Source: Eledone cirrhosa
Taxonomy: Eukaryota
Direction: 5' to 3'
Assembly: GCA_964016885.1 (NCBI GenBank)
Contig: OZ024743.1
Location: 116,188,001-116,252,000, forward strand
DNA: 64,000 bases
Below the pieces are notes generated by a model, which did no database searches, was not told the DNA's origin, and saw only the letters and a list, made by a program, of their open reading frames with translations. The stretch's first letter is position 1. The number at the start of each line of letters is the position of its first letter. Shown piece by piece: positions 37,806 through 50,389 of this stretch. Position numbers and translations under genes: made by a program.

Positions 37806-37806
<1 letters not shown>
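37667..37806. mobile_element. Short fold-back element in (TA)n
   Basis: atagaaggagcttctacag / ctgtagaagctccttctat perfect arms, extended by T and A tracts. The tail gtattgagtac is shared with the 5881 family. Confidence 0.6.
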
Positions 37807-37888
<82 letters not shown>

Positions 37889-37895
<7 letters not shown>

Positions 37896-38645
37896 ATATG
37901 GGTGAGAAGAATACTGCTGGTTGCACATGGATAGCATGTTATAAGATGAGTCCCTCATCAGTGATTTACCAAACGATCATGGGTATTTCATGGCATTAAA
38001 AATCATATACCTCACGTTGGAGCGATAATAACTAAAATAAGTTATTAGGACAATAGAAACGCGTAAAGCGAGTGAGACAAGTAAACAACACAGGGGGAAG
38101 CTAACCGAAGATGGGAATACACACAAGCAACATAGTTATTCTTTCAGCATAAGCTGTGTGAATATATGAGCGAGTCAAGAAAACAGACCTTTCGCTAGTG
38201 AATCCGGGGTTAGAAAGAATGAAAACCGTTTTCCCAGCGAACGGGAGGAAGAAAGAAGGGGAGAAACAGGGACTGAGTGAGTGGGAGTGCGAGGAAGAGG
38301 TCAGTAGAGAGAAAGAGTTAACTGACGTGGTAGAGGGGACGAAAGAAAGTAAGAGAAACAGAGTGAACGAGGGAGCAGTAAGAGAGTAAGAGAGAAACAC
38401 AGAATTGCAGTTTGGGTAAATATATGAAAATATGGGTGAGAAGAACACTGCTGGTTGCACATGGATAACATGTTATAAAATGAGTCCCTCATCAGTGATT
38501 TACCAAACGATCATGGGTATTTCATCGCATTAAAAATCATATACCTCACGTTGGAGCGATAATAACTAAAATAAGTTATGAGGACAATAGAAACGCGTAA
38601 AGCGAGTGAGACAAGTAAACAACACAGGGGGAAGCTAACCGAAGA
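37889..38645 (-). repeat. About 534-bp tandem repeat (1.4 copies), diverged relative of the 515-bp repeat
   Basis: atgaaaatatgggtgagaag occurs at about 37890 and 38424; its reverse complement matches 23298-24510. Confidence 0.88.
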
Positions 38646-38673
38646 TGGAAATAAACATGGAAATAAACTTGTT

Positions 38674-38767
38674 ACATCCTCTGTTATTGTTTTTTACCGT
38701 CCTGTATTGTCCTGCACTGTCCTTAATGTCTACTTTATGTAAACCCTTGTGGTTAATAAAGAAATCC
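38674..38767 (+). mobile_element. Tx1 family B 3' terminal fragment
   Basis: ctactttatgtaaacccttgtggttaataaagaaatc, as at 46263-46300, followed by (ATT)n. Confidence 0.85.
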
Positions 38768-38927
38768 TTATTAAAGACGATATTATTATTATTATTATTA
38801 TTATTGTTATTGTTATTACTCCTTGAGTCTCAGTCATTGATGTTAGTTAACTGGAAAGTTTGTTGGAATGAATATCAAGCCACTACCTGCAGCCTCAGAT
38901 ATTCAGGACGTATCGGAGGGTTCTTGC

Positions 38928-39485
38928 GGATCCGGCTATCATCTGAGTCCATCGTGAGGATTGCCCCGCCCTCCTCCTTTAGCCGGGAAGGGCAGGCAGT
39001 TTTTATCTGTCTGGTGGCCATGGCGAAAGAGATAGTATGGTGGACACGTTTGAAAGGGCTGAAGACGAGCCCTTACCTCTTCGGTGATGCTCTGATTGAC
39101 TTTTTCAAATTTCATTTGAAAAGGAAAATCAGAGTAGAGAGGGAAGTGCTCTCTTCCCAGCATTTTGTTGAAAGATGGGTGAGAGAAGCAAGAATGGCCC
39201 GAGTGAATGGGCCTACTCTGAGTATATATCTGTAAATTAAAGGTGGAAAACTGGGAGAGGGCACTTGCCTTGGTGGTCAGGGTCATTGTGGCCTTTTACT
39301 GGGCTTTCTCCACAAATGTCCCTCCGAAGTCTCCCCCCTATTGGGGAATTTTTCATTGTTATTTTTTGTTACATCCTCTGTTTTTGTTTTTTAAACGCAG
39401 AAATGCCCGTTTGTACCGTCTTGTATTGTCCTGCATTGTCCTTAATGTCTACTTTATGTAAACCCTTGTGGTTAATAAAGAAATC
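38928..39485 (+). mobile_element. 5'-truncated Tx1 family B copy
   Basis: IRLSSESIVRIAPP...VNGPTLSIYL* plus a 3' UTR matching 45743-46300; ends in (ATT)n. Confidence 0.92.
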
Positions 39486-39509
39486 ATTATTATTATTATT
39501 ATTATTACA

Positions 39510-40282
39510 ATTGCATTTATCTTGCTTTATGTTCATACGAGTTATCACCAAGTCACAACCAGTGACCTCAAGAGACAACAAGGTCCGCCATGTTGAAGAA
39601 AGAACATACATACTCACACATGCATCTTTAGTGTTTAGACTTGTGATGTACTTATATTGATAGAATCTTCCTTAGTATATGGGCAGTTCCCATTAGTAGT
39701 ATCTTTTGTATTTATCCTATACGCGGGTTTCCTGGGATTTGCGATAAGTAATCATTAGATCCCTTGGGTATCATTCCCAGAGCGCCTACAACCACTGGTA
39801 TTGTTTTAGTTCTCAATTTCCACATTTTTCCAATTTCTATCTCCAGGTCCTTATACTTGCTCAATTTTTCAAATGTTTTTATAGATACATTCTTGTCTAT
39901 TGGAACAGACATATCAAGTAGCAGGCATACCCTCTTTTTAAAGTCCTTCAATATTATATCAGGTCTATTTGCATCTATTTTTCGGTCTGTTTGGATGCTA
40001 AAGTTCCACAAGATTGAGATGTGATCTTTTTCAAGTATGGGAGGTGGTTGATGCTCCCACCAATTCTTTTGATGGGGCAGGTCAAAATGCTTACACATTA
40101 TTCAATGTATGTATTGTGCAGCTCTGTCATGCCTGTTTAGGTATTCGGTTGGAGCTATAAGACTGCACATTGAAATTATATGGTCAATGGTCTCTGGTTG
40201 TTTTTTGCATACACGGCATAATGGGCTGCATCCATTTCTTATTATGTTGGCTTGGTAATTTTTTGTTGGCAGACACTGATCT
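39510..40282 (-). mobile_element. 5'-truncated R4/Dong-clade non-LTR element (RLE domain and 3' UTR) in (TAA)n
   Basis: ILWNFSIQTDRKIDANRPDII...LLDMSVP...EKLSKYKDL...IPVVVGALG and IQKILLMGTAHILRKIL; (TAA)n at both ends. Confidence 0.9.
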
Positions 40283-40305
40283 TGTTATTATTATTATTAT
40301 TATTT

Positions 40306-40422
40306 CTGATCTGAGTTCAAATCCCGCTGAGGTTGTCTTTGCCTTTCATCCTTACGGGGTCGATAAAATAAAGTACCAGTAATGCACTGGTAATTGCTGG
40401 CCTTGTGCCTAAAGTAGAAACA

Positions 40423-40425
<3 letters not shown>
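40306..40425 (+). mobile_element. 5'-truncated tRNA-derived SINE with (ATT)n tail
   Basis: ctgagttcaaatcccgc...gtagaaacaatt followed by (ATT)n to 40479. Confidence 0.88.
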
Positions 40426-40479
<54 letters not shown>

Positions 40480-40691
40480 GGCGACCTACGTAGTAAATCA
40501 TATCATCGTGAGCTCCGCAAAGGTTTGTTATTTTCAGTTGTTCAAAATTGCCATTCATGGAACATTTTATTGTTAACTGTATATAAGTGCACATACATTG
40601 TTATCTGAAAAGGACACCCAAAAAGATTGGGGCCTTGAGCCCCAAATTTAAACTTTTATAATTATCAAACACAAGTTTTTTTTGAAACATC

Positions 40692-42600
40692 ATGGCTGAC
40701 ACAGAGTCACTCTTTTCTCACAAACTAACACCTCACACCGACACCACCATTGTAAATATTGCTACGTTTGCCAACACTGGAAATGTAAACAGTAGCAATA
40801 TTTTAAATTTGTCTCAGGCAGACGTTCATTTCCCGCCTTTACCAATGACTGCAGGTGTTAAAGCCGCCACCCCACCACAGCGACAACAGAAACAAAAGAA
40901 AAAAATAAATTAACTCGTAATATCGAAATGTATTCAACCAAAATGAACTCTTCCACAGCGAACACCACTGACGCCACCACAACCACAACTGAAACTAAAA
41001 TTAATAATAAAAAAATAACGATAACAACAACAGCAACAATGACATTAAGAAAACCACCCTGAGTTTTGCCAGAGTAGCAAAACAGTGCGAAGCATTTCAG
41101 GTAACTCAGGAGGAATTAGAAGAAGCCAAACAAATGGTAAAGAAAGATGGGTACAGGGTCAGCCTCACCCCCGCCCCACACCTAATAAAATGAAGCATCG
41201 GCGCCTATGCACCGTGTCTTATCGAACAATTAATATAAAATCGCGGCGAGTTGAACGGGCATCTGAGTCCCAAATTCCAAAAGCTTTGGTACATGTGTGG
41301 GCAAACAAAACCCACATCAGACGTGGGCAGAAGTATGGAACCGTGGACGTGTTCTTTGAAACACCACAGAAGGCCAGAGAACACTCCATGGCCCCTTTAG
41401 AAGTGACGACTTCACACTCGTCCCAAGCTATTGTGGCCAGAGATTCGTAACGATCAGGGTGACCCACTTTCCACCGGCCATCGAAATTCCCTGGCTAATA
41501 GCTGCCGTCCTCGCCGGCATCGAATCCAACACCAAGATAATCGAAATAGCGAAAGAAAAGCAGGAGAACTGGTCCGGATCTGGGATGGAACTCCTGATCC
41601 AAGCGGAACAAAAAAAGCATTGAGGAGATCCCAGAGGTAATAGACCTCACTGACGGCAGCCCCCTCACCGTAATTGTCGAGGGCAGAAGGCCTAGGTGTG
41701 TCGTTTGTGGTGAAGGAACCCGTCTAAGGGCTTTCTGCCCTCAGGCTAAAAGGTTGCGGCCACCTCTCCTACCCACCCCAGTGACTCAACCATCAGCACC
41801 ACCAGCAGCAGAGATGGCAGCAACAACTGTAGCAGCAACAACAGAAGCGACTGTAACAACAACACCCCCAGCAACAGTAGCAAAACCAACACCACCACCA
41901 CCCAACACGCCAGAACTAGCACCAGCGCCTACACCATCCACCACGATAAAAAGAAAACTAACGCCTGTGGAGGATTTTCCACTCCCCGGCCTATCACAAC
42001 TGGAGACAGATTGTGACGACGAGGAGTGGGAAACGATATCAGGAAAAAAGAAAAAAAGAAACCAAAAAAGAAAAAATTCTCTTCCTTCCCCCTCCAAAAA
42101 CAAAATCCAGAGGGAAACAAATAAACTATCAAACAAAAAAGGTAGGACAGATATGCCACCATACACACCAGCATCACCAACCCCATCACCCCAAACACCA
42201 ACACCATCACCATCATTAACGCCAGCACCACCATCACCTACACCACAAAAGTCATCAAAATGCGAAACAGAAACAAACGCAAACAAAACAAAACAACCAA
42301 AACGATACACACTACACAGCATTACATTTGAACAACAACCAATTATTACACTACCTCAACACAACACCAGCATCACAGAAAAAGACTACACAACAACCCA
42401 AAAGTTCACACCACCTCCATATACAAATCACTCGCATCACACAGAAAACGTACATGACACTAAAACCAATATTCCCCAAAGACATCGGAGACTTCCGACA
42501 AGCTTATCCAGGAGGATTTATAAGGACATCCTTCCTGAGGAGGCTAACAAGCAGTGAAAAGGATGGAGAAACCGTCCTTCCTCTACGAGAAGTAAGGTAA
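40692..42600 (+). pseudogene. Tx1 ORF1, frameshifted
   Basis: Zinc-knuckle-like EGRRPRCVVCGEGTRLRAFCP at about 41680-41740, then Pro/Thr-rich and basic segments. Confidence 0.75.
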
Positions 42601-42634
42601 GTGGTATTTCCCATCTTTTCCACTCCATTTCAAC

Positions 42635-45600
42635 ATGACCTCACTCAGAATAGGCAGCATAAATGCGCGTGGCTTGTGGTCGTCATGGAAGCAGGGCCAC
42701 CTGCTCAACGACCTCAGGTCACTAAACATAGATGTAGTGGCCATCAGCGAGAACAGAATCTCCGAAGCACGGGCCTTCGCACCCATCTTCGGCGGCTACG
42801 ATGTGTACGTATCTCCCAGCCGTCCTGGATCGAGGGGAGGTTTGCTGTGCTTTTTCAGAGAGGTTTGGATCTCGCCATACGGGCCATCTTCCTGGACCCA
42901 GAAGGTAAGTTGGTGGTGTTGGACGTGACCAGCGGAGACGGGCAAGCTTTCAGGCTAGTGGCCGTCTATGCCCTGACAGGAGCAGGGCGGCCTGATTTCT
43001 TCCGGCGTCTGGAGACCTTTCTTGGAACGTCCCGCTCTTTAGTGTTAGTGGGCGACTGGAACCGGATCTCAGATGCACGCTGGGACTGTGTGGGATGAGT
43101 GGATAGGGGAGGAGGGTGCAAGAGTCGCACCAACCTGCTCAGGTGTTTTGATCTGTCTAACAGGTCCCGATTGGATTTCCCGAATGTGCCAATGTGGACT
43201 TGGACGAATCGGATAGGGTCATCCAGATCATATCTAGCTAGAGTATTATGTAGGGAAATAGATTGGTCTAGTATAGGCTGTCCACAATTCAAGATAGTCA
43301 GCTACAAAGACCACAAATTCGTGATATGTGTGCTTGACTTAGATAGGCTTCATAGACGAAGACCCGGCTACTGGAAGCTAAACGCGTCCTTACCAGCGCG
43401 CAAGGCCTACAGAGACCGGATTAGCGAACTAGTTAAGCGGGCGTTGACGGGGGCCATCGTCAACAGCAAGTGGTTGTTTGCTCTGAAAAGAGCAATTAGA
43501 ATAGAGTCCATTAGGTTTAGTAAGGCTTTAGCAATAGAGAAAAATAGAGCAGAGGGAGAATTAGTTAGAAAATTAGACGAGGCGCTTAGCAGAGGCATCG
43601 TGGCCGACATATTGCGGCGAAATTAGCCCTTGACCAATTCTTCAATGCAAAGCACGAAGGCTGCTTTATCAGAGCTAGGGTGCGTGCTCGCAGACACGAG
43701 GGGACGAAAGGCGTTCAATGGGCCCGAGTCCGGGAGGCGCGTCGTGGCAACAAACCCACGATCCGGTCTTTGGTGGCCCACGACGGGCGCATGCTACTCG
43801 ATCCAGGGCAAATGTGTGAAGCTTTTCAGCGACACTTCGCACAGCTGTTCAGGCGCAGCGGCGGGCCGGATCGAGGGATGGACTTTAGTGTCTACCTCGA
43901 CGGACTGCCGCGGCTCTCGGCCACTGAGGCGGAGTGTTGCGAAAAGCCGATAACAGCCGCTGAAGTACGAGAGGTAATGACTGGCTGCATAAGGGGTAAA
44001 TCCCCTGGTTTGTATGTTCTGCGCTATGAACTTTACGTACAGAGGCGAGACTTGTTCGGAGGCATCTTGGCGGACGTCTACTGCAACTGGCAACAGAACG
44101 CGAGAATTCCCAGCTCTGTGAGCCGAGGAGCGGTGGCGCTGCTGAGAAAGGATCCGAACAAGGGGGATAACATAGATCATTTCAGGCCCATAACTCTGCT
44201 AAACACAGAGTTCAAGATTTTATCCAAGGTGCTAGAAAAGAGGTTGGCGCTTGTCGTTGGTGGTCTGGTGGGAAAGACGCAGACATGCGCCATTCCCGAC
44301 AGATCCATCCACGACAACCTCCACCTCATGCGATACATCGTAGAGAGGGTAGCTAGGGAACCTGGCACGGGTGGGTCCTTGATCAATTTAGATCAGTCGA
44401 AAGCTTTCGATAGGGTCGACCATCGTTACCTAGCGGCAGTCCTGAGGGCGGCTGGCTTTGGGCCCGTCTTCAGAGGCTGGATCGCTTCCATGCACAGCGA
44501 CATCTGCTCTGTTGTGAGAGTCATCCGTCACCTTTCGGAACCGTTCAACATCATGCGCTCGGTCCGCCAAAAATGTCACCTCTCGTCCCTCTTGTACGTA
44601 TTGACTCTCGAGCCATTACTGCACAAACTGGAGACGTTGAGGGGGTCCCGCGCGAACTAGGATGCGGAAGATCCGTGTCAGCATATGTGGACGATGTCAC
44701 CGTAGTGGTGTCGAACGCCAAACACACCGAGGCTATCGGCACTACACTAAGAGAATACAAAGCGGTGACAGGAGCAATGATCAACCAGGAGAAGTCAGTG
44801 GGCCTGCAGCTCGGCATCTGGAGAGGCAGGTCCATGCCGTCCAACAACGTGGTCGGGCGCTGGACGGACGGACCGGTTAAATTGCTAGTGGCCTGGTTCG
44901 GTCCGGACCTCCAGACGGACAAAAACTGGGACGAGGTGACGAGCAGGGTAGCTTCTGTCACCCAGAAATGGGCGGAGAGGAAGCTATCCCTGAAAGGTCG
45001 AGCGGAGGTGGCTAACGTGTACATCGCGTCCGTCATCTACTTCCGCCTGACCGTCGTGCCTTGTCCTAAGCCTCGCCTGACTGCTCTGGAGCGTTTGCTC
45101 TTTCGCTTCTTGTGGAAGGGACGCGCTCCGATTGTCAGGCGGTCCATTTGCTGTCAACACCCGCTACGTGGAGGGCTGGGCATGACGTGGCTGATGATGC
45201 GCAGACACGCGCTCAGGCTACGACATCTCCACCTCTTCCTCGACGGTGATCAGGTGTGATGGCCGTTTGATAGACACGTCTTTCCCCAGCTCGTCTCCTT
45301 GACGGAGCTGCAGTCCTGGGTCAAGCGAAGACCGAGAGAGAGCGCTTGGAGACTGGAATGTCTTCAGGCACTCACAGCCCTCAACCAATCGTGCAATGTG
45401 ATCACTGGAAATTCCATCTTGGCGTTCTATAGAGGATTAGTGGAGGGGAAGAGCGACGACGTACTTAAAGAAACTCTAGGCGCCGAGGAAAATCAACTAG
45501 CCAATCTCTTCGGAAGGACTTTCGGGCCGCGGCCTATGGACAACTTTCAGAAATCCCTGGCCTGGCAGTGCTACCGAGGAGCTTTGCCCGTTCGGGATAA

Positions 45601-46051
45601 ACTCTACAGGCATGGAGGTGCTGTCAGCCGGGCATGTCCGAGATGCGCGCAGGGCGACGAAAGCGTTCTGCACGCACTCGTCGAGTGTCCTAGAATTGCT
45701 GACTTGTGGGTTTATGTCTAACACTTGCTGTCACGTGTAGGACGGATCCAGCTATCAGCTGAGTCCATCGTGAGGATTGCCCCGCCCTCTTCCTTTAGCC
45801 GGGAAGGGCAGGCGGTGTTTATCTGTCTGGTGGCCATGGCGAAAGAGATAGTATGTTGGACACGTTTGAAAGGGCTGAAGACGAGCACTTACATCTTCGG
45901 TGATGCTCTGATAAACTTTTTCAAATTTCATTTGAAAAGGAAAATCAGGGTAGAGAGGGAAGTGCTCTCTTCCCAGCATTTTGTTGAAAGATGGGTGAGA
46001 GAAGCAAGTATGGCCCGAGTGAATGGGCCTACTCTGAGTATGTGTCGGTAA
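42635..46051 (+). pseudogene. Tx1 ORF2 (APE-RT-zf-RVT), frameshifted
   Basis: MTSLRIGSINARGL, LVGDWN, YKDHK, HFRPITLLNTE, LDQSKAFDRVDH, YVDD and CPRC...HALVEC. Confidence 0.92.
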
Positions 46052-46344
46052 ATTAAAGGGGGAAAACTGGGAGAGGGCACTTGCCTTGGTGGTCAGGGAC
46101 ACCGTGGCCTTATAATGGGCTTTCTCCACAAATGTCCCTCGGAAGTCTCCTCCCTATTGAGGAATTTTTCATTGTTAATTTTTATTACATCCTCTGTTTT
46201 TTTTTTACACGCAGAAATGCCCATTTGTACCGTCCTGTATTGTCCTGTACTGTCTTTAATGCCTACTTTATGTAAACCCTTGTGGTTAATAAAGAAAGCA
46301 GTATTATTATTATTACTATATATATATATATATATATACACATA

Positions 46345-46550
46345 CATTGTGGCTGCCAACTCGTTTTCGAGTACGGCACTACTTGATATCCATGTAAGGG
46401 GACTCCTACCGATGCGCTGAGCGAATGTGACCTTTTAGTCGAGCCAGCGACTTGAAAACTCTGGTACAAACACTACACTTGTGACAATTATTGACACATA
46501 GTGCCGGGCCCATGGTACCATGTGATGACAAGTGCAGAGAGATCTCCAGA
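46345..46550 (-). mobile_element. Probable 3' end of an RTE-clade element (terminal C2H2 finger)
   Basis: HKCSVCTRVFKSLARLKGHIRSAHR* followed by a short UTR and a simple repeat. Confidence 0.5.
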
Positions 46551-46560
46551 TATAAAGCAA

Positions 46561-46624
46561 TACATACATACATACATACATACATACATACATACATACA
46601 TACATACATACATACATACATACA

Positions 46625-46656
<32 letters not shown>

Positions 46657-46683
46657 CATACATACATACATACATACATACAT
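46561..46683. repeat. (TACA)n microsatellite
   Basis: Directly visible. Confidence 0.95.
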
Positions 46684-49140
46684 AAGCTGATCACCCTCAA
46701 ACAAGAATTGAGAGCTATTTGCGAAAAACACCGATACCTGAAGAAGGTTGATGAAAGAAAAGTGTTTAATAAAATATTCAGAAGAAACAAAACATCAGTC
46801 TATAGAGATATGAAGGGCAAAATAATAAGTGTCACTGAGGCCCCATCACAGAAAGACATAGATTCCTTTTGGAGAAAAATATGGGGTGAAAAGATGAATT
46901 TCAACCAAGATGCAGTGTCGCTAAAAGAAATTCAAAAGAACTAGTGGTCCTACACTACAACAAAAACATACGAAATAAGTGAGAGTACCCTTGAGACTGT
47001 GATAGGAAAACTCCAAGATAAGAAAACACCAGGAAGAGATATGATTGTCGGCTACTGGTATAAAAAAATTGATATTCTATCGGATGTATCTTACTAACAA
47101 GTTCTTAAGGGAGATACACGTATACCAGAATGGTTGACATTAACATAAACATTACTGGTCCCCAAGAACAAAGACAGCCACCTGGCAAGAAACTACCGAC
47201 TCATTGCATGCCAGAACCTGATGTATAAGATGTATACAGCCTGCCTGAACCTAATCATCCAAGATCACTGTGATGATAATAACATCATCACAGATGAACC
47301 AGCAGCTTGAAAGAAAGGGGTTTGGGGATGTGCTGAACAACTAATCAACAAAACTGCGAGGAATATGGCTACAGTCTGGCTGGACTACTGGAAAGCTTTC
47401 GATTCTGTTCCCCGCTCTTGGATGATAGAGGCCCTCCAACTTGCTAAAGTCCCAGACATTATTATCAGCGCCATAGAGAAGCTGTCTTCTTTTGGGGCTA
47501 CTATACTAAAATTAAAGACAAAGAAGGAGGACTCTATTTTCACAGATAAAATAAAATATCGCAGAGGTATATTACGAGGAGACAGTGTCTCTGTGATATT
47601 ATTCATCCTGTCATTAAACCCCTTGTCCTTTCTGCTCAAGAAATGTGAATGATACATCATTGTCTCACAGGAGGACAGAAATACGAACCTAACCAACAAT
47701 TTCTTTGTGGACGATCTGAAACTCTATGCCAAGAACATGGATGGTATGATGAAAAATCTTGACCTGGTTACAACATTCTCAAAGGATATAGGAATGGAGT
47801 TTTGCCAAGATAAATGCTCATACATGACTGTAAAGCGGGGAGAAACATCAACCCAATCTAGTAACATTTGTATCAATGGCCTAACTGTTTCACCAATATC
47901 TGATGAGGACTGCTACAGATACCTGGGGATAGATGAGAACATATCCTATTATGATATTTGTAATAAGGAACGCGTAACCAGGGAATACTACACCCGATTA
48001 AGAAATATATGGTCATTGGAACATTCTGCACAAAACAAAACAGTGGCTCAAAATTTGTTTGCTGTGCCTGTCCTATAACCAAATTTTGGAATACTCAATT
48101 GGACGATAGACGAAATCCGAGCATTTGATGTTAGAACTCGAAAAGTACTAAACAACACCGTAAACGTCGACAACAACAGTGACATAGTCCGCCTTTACTT
48201 GAAACGTAAACAGAGAGGCAGATAATTAACATCAGTCCAGACAGCATTTGAATGTCGCATCATATCCCTCCGACAACATCTACGAATCTGAAAGCGTAGG
48301 AGCCCGTTTCACGAGCAAGACTATGTGCATGAAACAGATAAGATCATGAGAGTTTGGAAGGAACTCCTCGAGAGGTATTCCCTGTTTGATAAACAAATAC
48401 CTCACACCGAGGGAAGTCGCTCAGCAGTATCGCAGTGAATCTATGGATGAAAATCTGCATGCTTATCAGTAAAAAGTCATGCATAGATATGTTGTCAGGA
48501 AGCTCCAGAGTGAGAGTAATATAGATAAAGAAAGTAGTCTATCTCGGACGAATAACCGCTATAGCCCCGATAATAAAAACACTAAAAGATACAGCAATGT
48601 GGAATACATACATATGAAAGAGTACTGGTGGAATGTTCCAGTAAAAACCCCAATAAAATGCAGGTATAACAGACCAGATATTATGATATGGGACAGGGAA
48701 ATGAAGGCATGCACAGTAGTGGAAGTTAGCTGCCCAGCAGATGTCAATATAATATTAAAGATTAGAGAAAAGGAGAATATTTATGCAGAACTGATGAGAA
48801 ATCTGCAGATACTCCACCCTGATTATACCTTCAGATTTATGCCTGTGATTATAGGGGCACTTTGACATGTTAGTAACTGCCTCAATACAAATCTTGATAA
48901 GCTAGGCTTCACAGGAACAGAAAGTACACAACTAGTTAGGAAATTACAAAGTTCAATCCATTAATGGAACTGTAAAAAATATGTAAAGCATTCCAAACAT
49001 TTTACATCTAATAACTGCATATACACATTTACAGATATAAAGCATATACACAAGCACACATACAACTCAAAACATCCACATCCTCACATACAATAACATC
49101 CATATCTACACATGCATGCATGCAGCCAGGCATAGATATC
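46684..49140 (+). mobile_element. 5'-truncated R4-clade (RT plus RLE) non-LTR element, degenerate
   Basis: PGRDMIVGYWYKK, VWLDYWKAFDSVP, RRGILRGDSVS, FVDDLKLY, YRYLGI and RYNRPDIMIWD...VEVSCP...KENIY...PVIIGAL. Confidence 0.9.
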
Positions 49141-49245
49141 TACCTAGTTGATGTTGCGTAAATTCCAATGAAAGATGCTTGTGTCTATGGTAGAACCGAA
49201 TCTCTCTCTATTGGCAACAATTTGTAAAATTATAAAACCAGAAGA

Positions 49246-49381
49246 ACATACATACATATATACATACATACATGCATGCATACATACATACATACATACA
49301 TACATACATACATACATACATACATACATACATACATACATACATAGATACATACATACATACACACATACATACATACAT
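49246..49381. repeat. (TACA)n microsatellite
   Basis: Directly visible. Confidence 0.95.
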
Positions 49382-49714
49382 AAATTGAAGACGAAAGGAT
49401 TAATTGGAAAATGTAGAAGGTTTTTAGTCCGTTTCTTTTTCGATGGAAGGAAGTAAGCACTCGATATTCTGGTATGTTTATTCGTTTTGAAAGATGAAGT
49501 TCAACAAAAGGTTTTCAGTTGTTATCACACTACTTATTCTTTGAATATGATTGATGAATGGAACAAAACTAATGTATAAAGTAGATATTTTTATGAAAAT
49601 GACAGGAATAATGTAAATATGATGTAAATATCCTATGTTTGCTCTCACGCTATGAAGGTAACATATTGAATAAAATGATAAAAACAAATAGTATGGAGAT
49701 AAAATATTGAATTA

Positions 49715-49726
49715 TGTATGTGTATA

Positions 49727-49808
<82 letters not shown>

Positions 49809-49845
49809 CATATATATATGTACATACAAATATATATACATATAT

Positions 49846-49943
<98 letters not shown>

Positions 49944-49973
49944 GTACATATATATATGTACATACAAATATAT

Positions 49974-50021
<48 letters not shown>

Positions 50022-50106
50022 ATATATATGTGTTTGTACATACATATATACATACATGCAAGCATCTATATATACATACATATACATATATGTATATATA
50101 AATGTA

Positions 50107-50142
<36 letters not shown>
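49715..50142. repeat. Complex (TA)n-based repeat
   Basis: (TA)n tracts with a duplicated tgtacatatatatatgtacatacaaatatatatacatatatac block. Confidence 0.95.
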
Positions 50143-50144
<2 letters not shown>

Positions 50145-50389
50145 GAGTAAATCACTCATATGCCTTGATCTATGATATACTCACCATGAACATTGTAGTT
50201 CCATTATTCTTAAATTAGATAACAACGCATATTTCCGTGTTAGAAGAATTTTACATAAAATGTCATCCAGTAAATATCAAGTTCCTTCATTTAAATGCTT
50301 ATCGCAGAAAATCTTCATCAGCTGAGGAATAGAAACCGTTAGATGCACAATTTCAGAAGTTTAGACTTTCTCTAGTATATAACTATCTC

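Larger units (their letters stand above)
40480..46301 (+). mobile_element. Full-length Tx1/L1-clade retrotransposon (family B) in (ATT)n, degenerate
   Basis: ORF1 remnants 40692-42600 and ORF2 42635-46051; (ATT)n immediately 5' and tattattattatta immediately 3'. Confidence 0.93.

Noticed and set aside
41754-42557. 267-aa Pro/Thr-rich ORF as a mucin-like host gene
   Set aside because: It lies within Tx1 ORF1, between the zinc knuckle and ORF2.
47900-47906. CTGATGA matches at 47900, 48791 and 61632
   Set aside because: They lie in R4 coding sequence with no helix I/II pairing or correctly placed GAAA-UH.
49645-50175. Long YIYI/VCVC/HTYI ORFs (also 2..391, 26217..26493, 46406..46790, 59114..59629)
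   Set aside because: They are translations of stop-free microsatellites, not genes.
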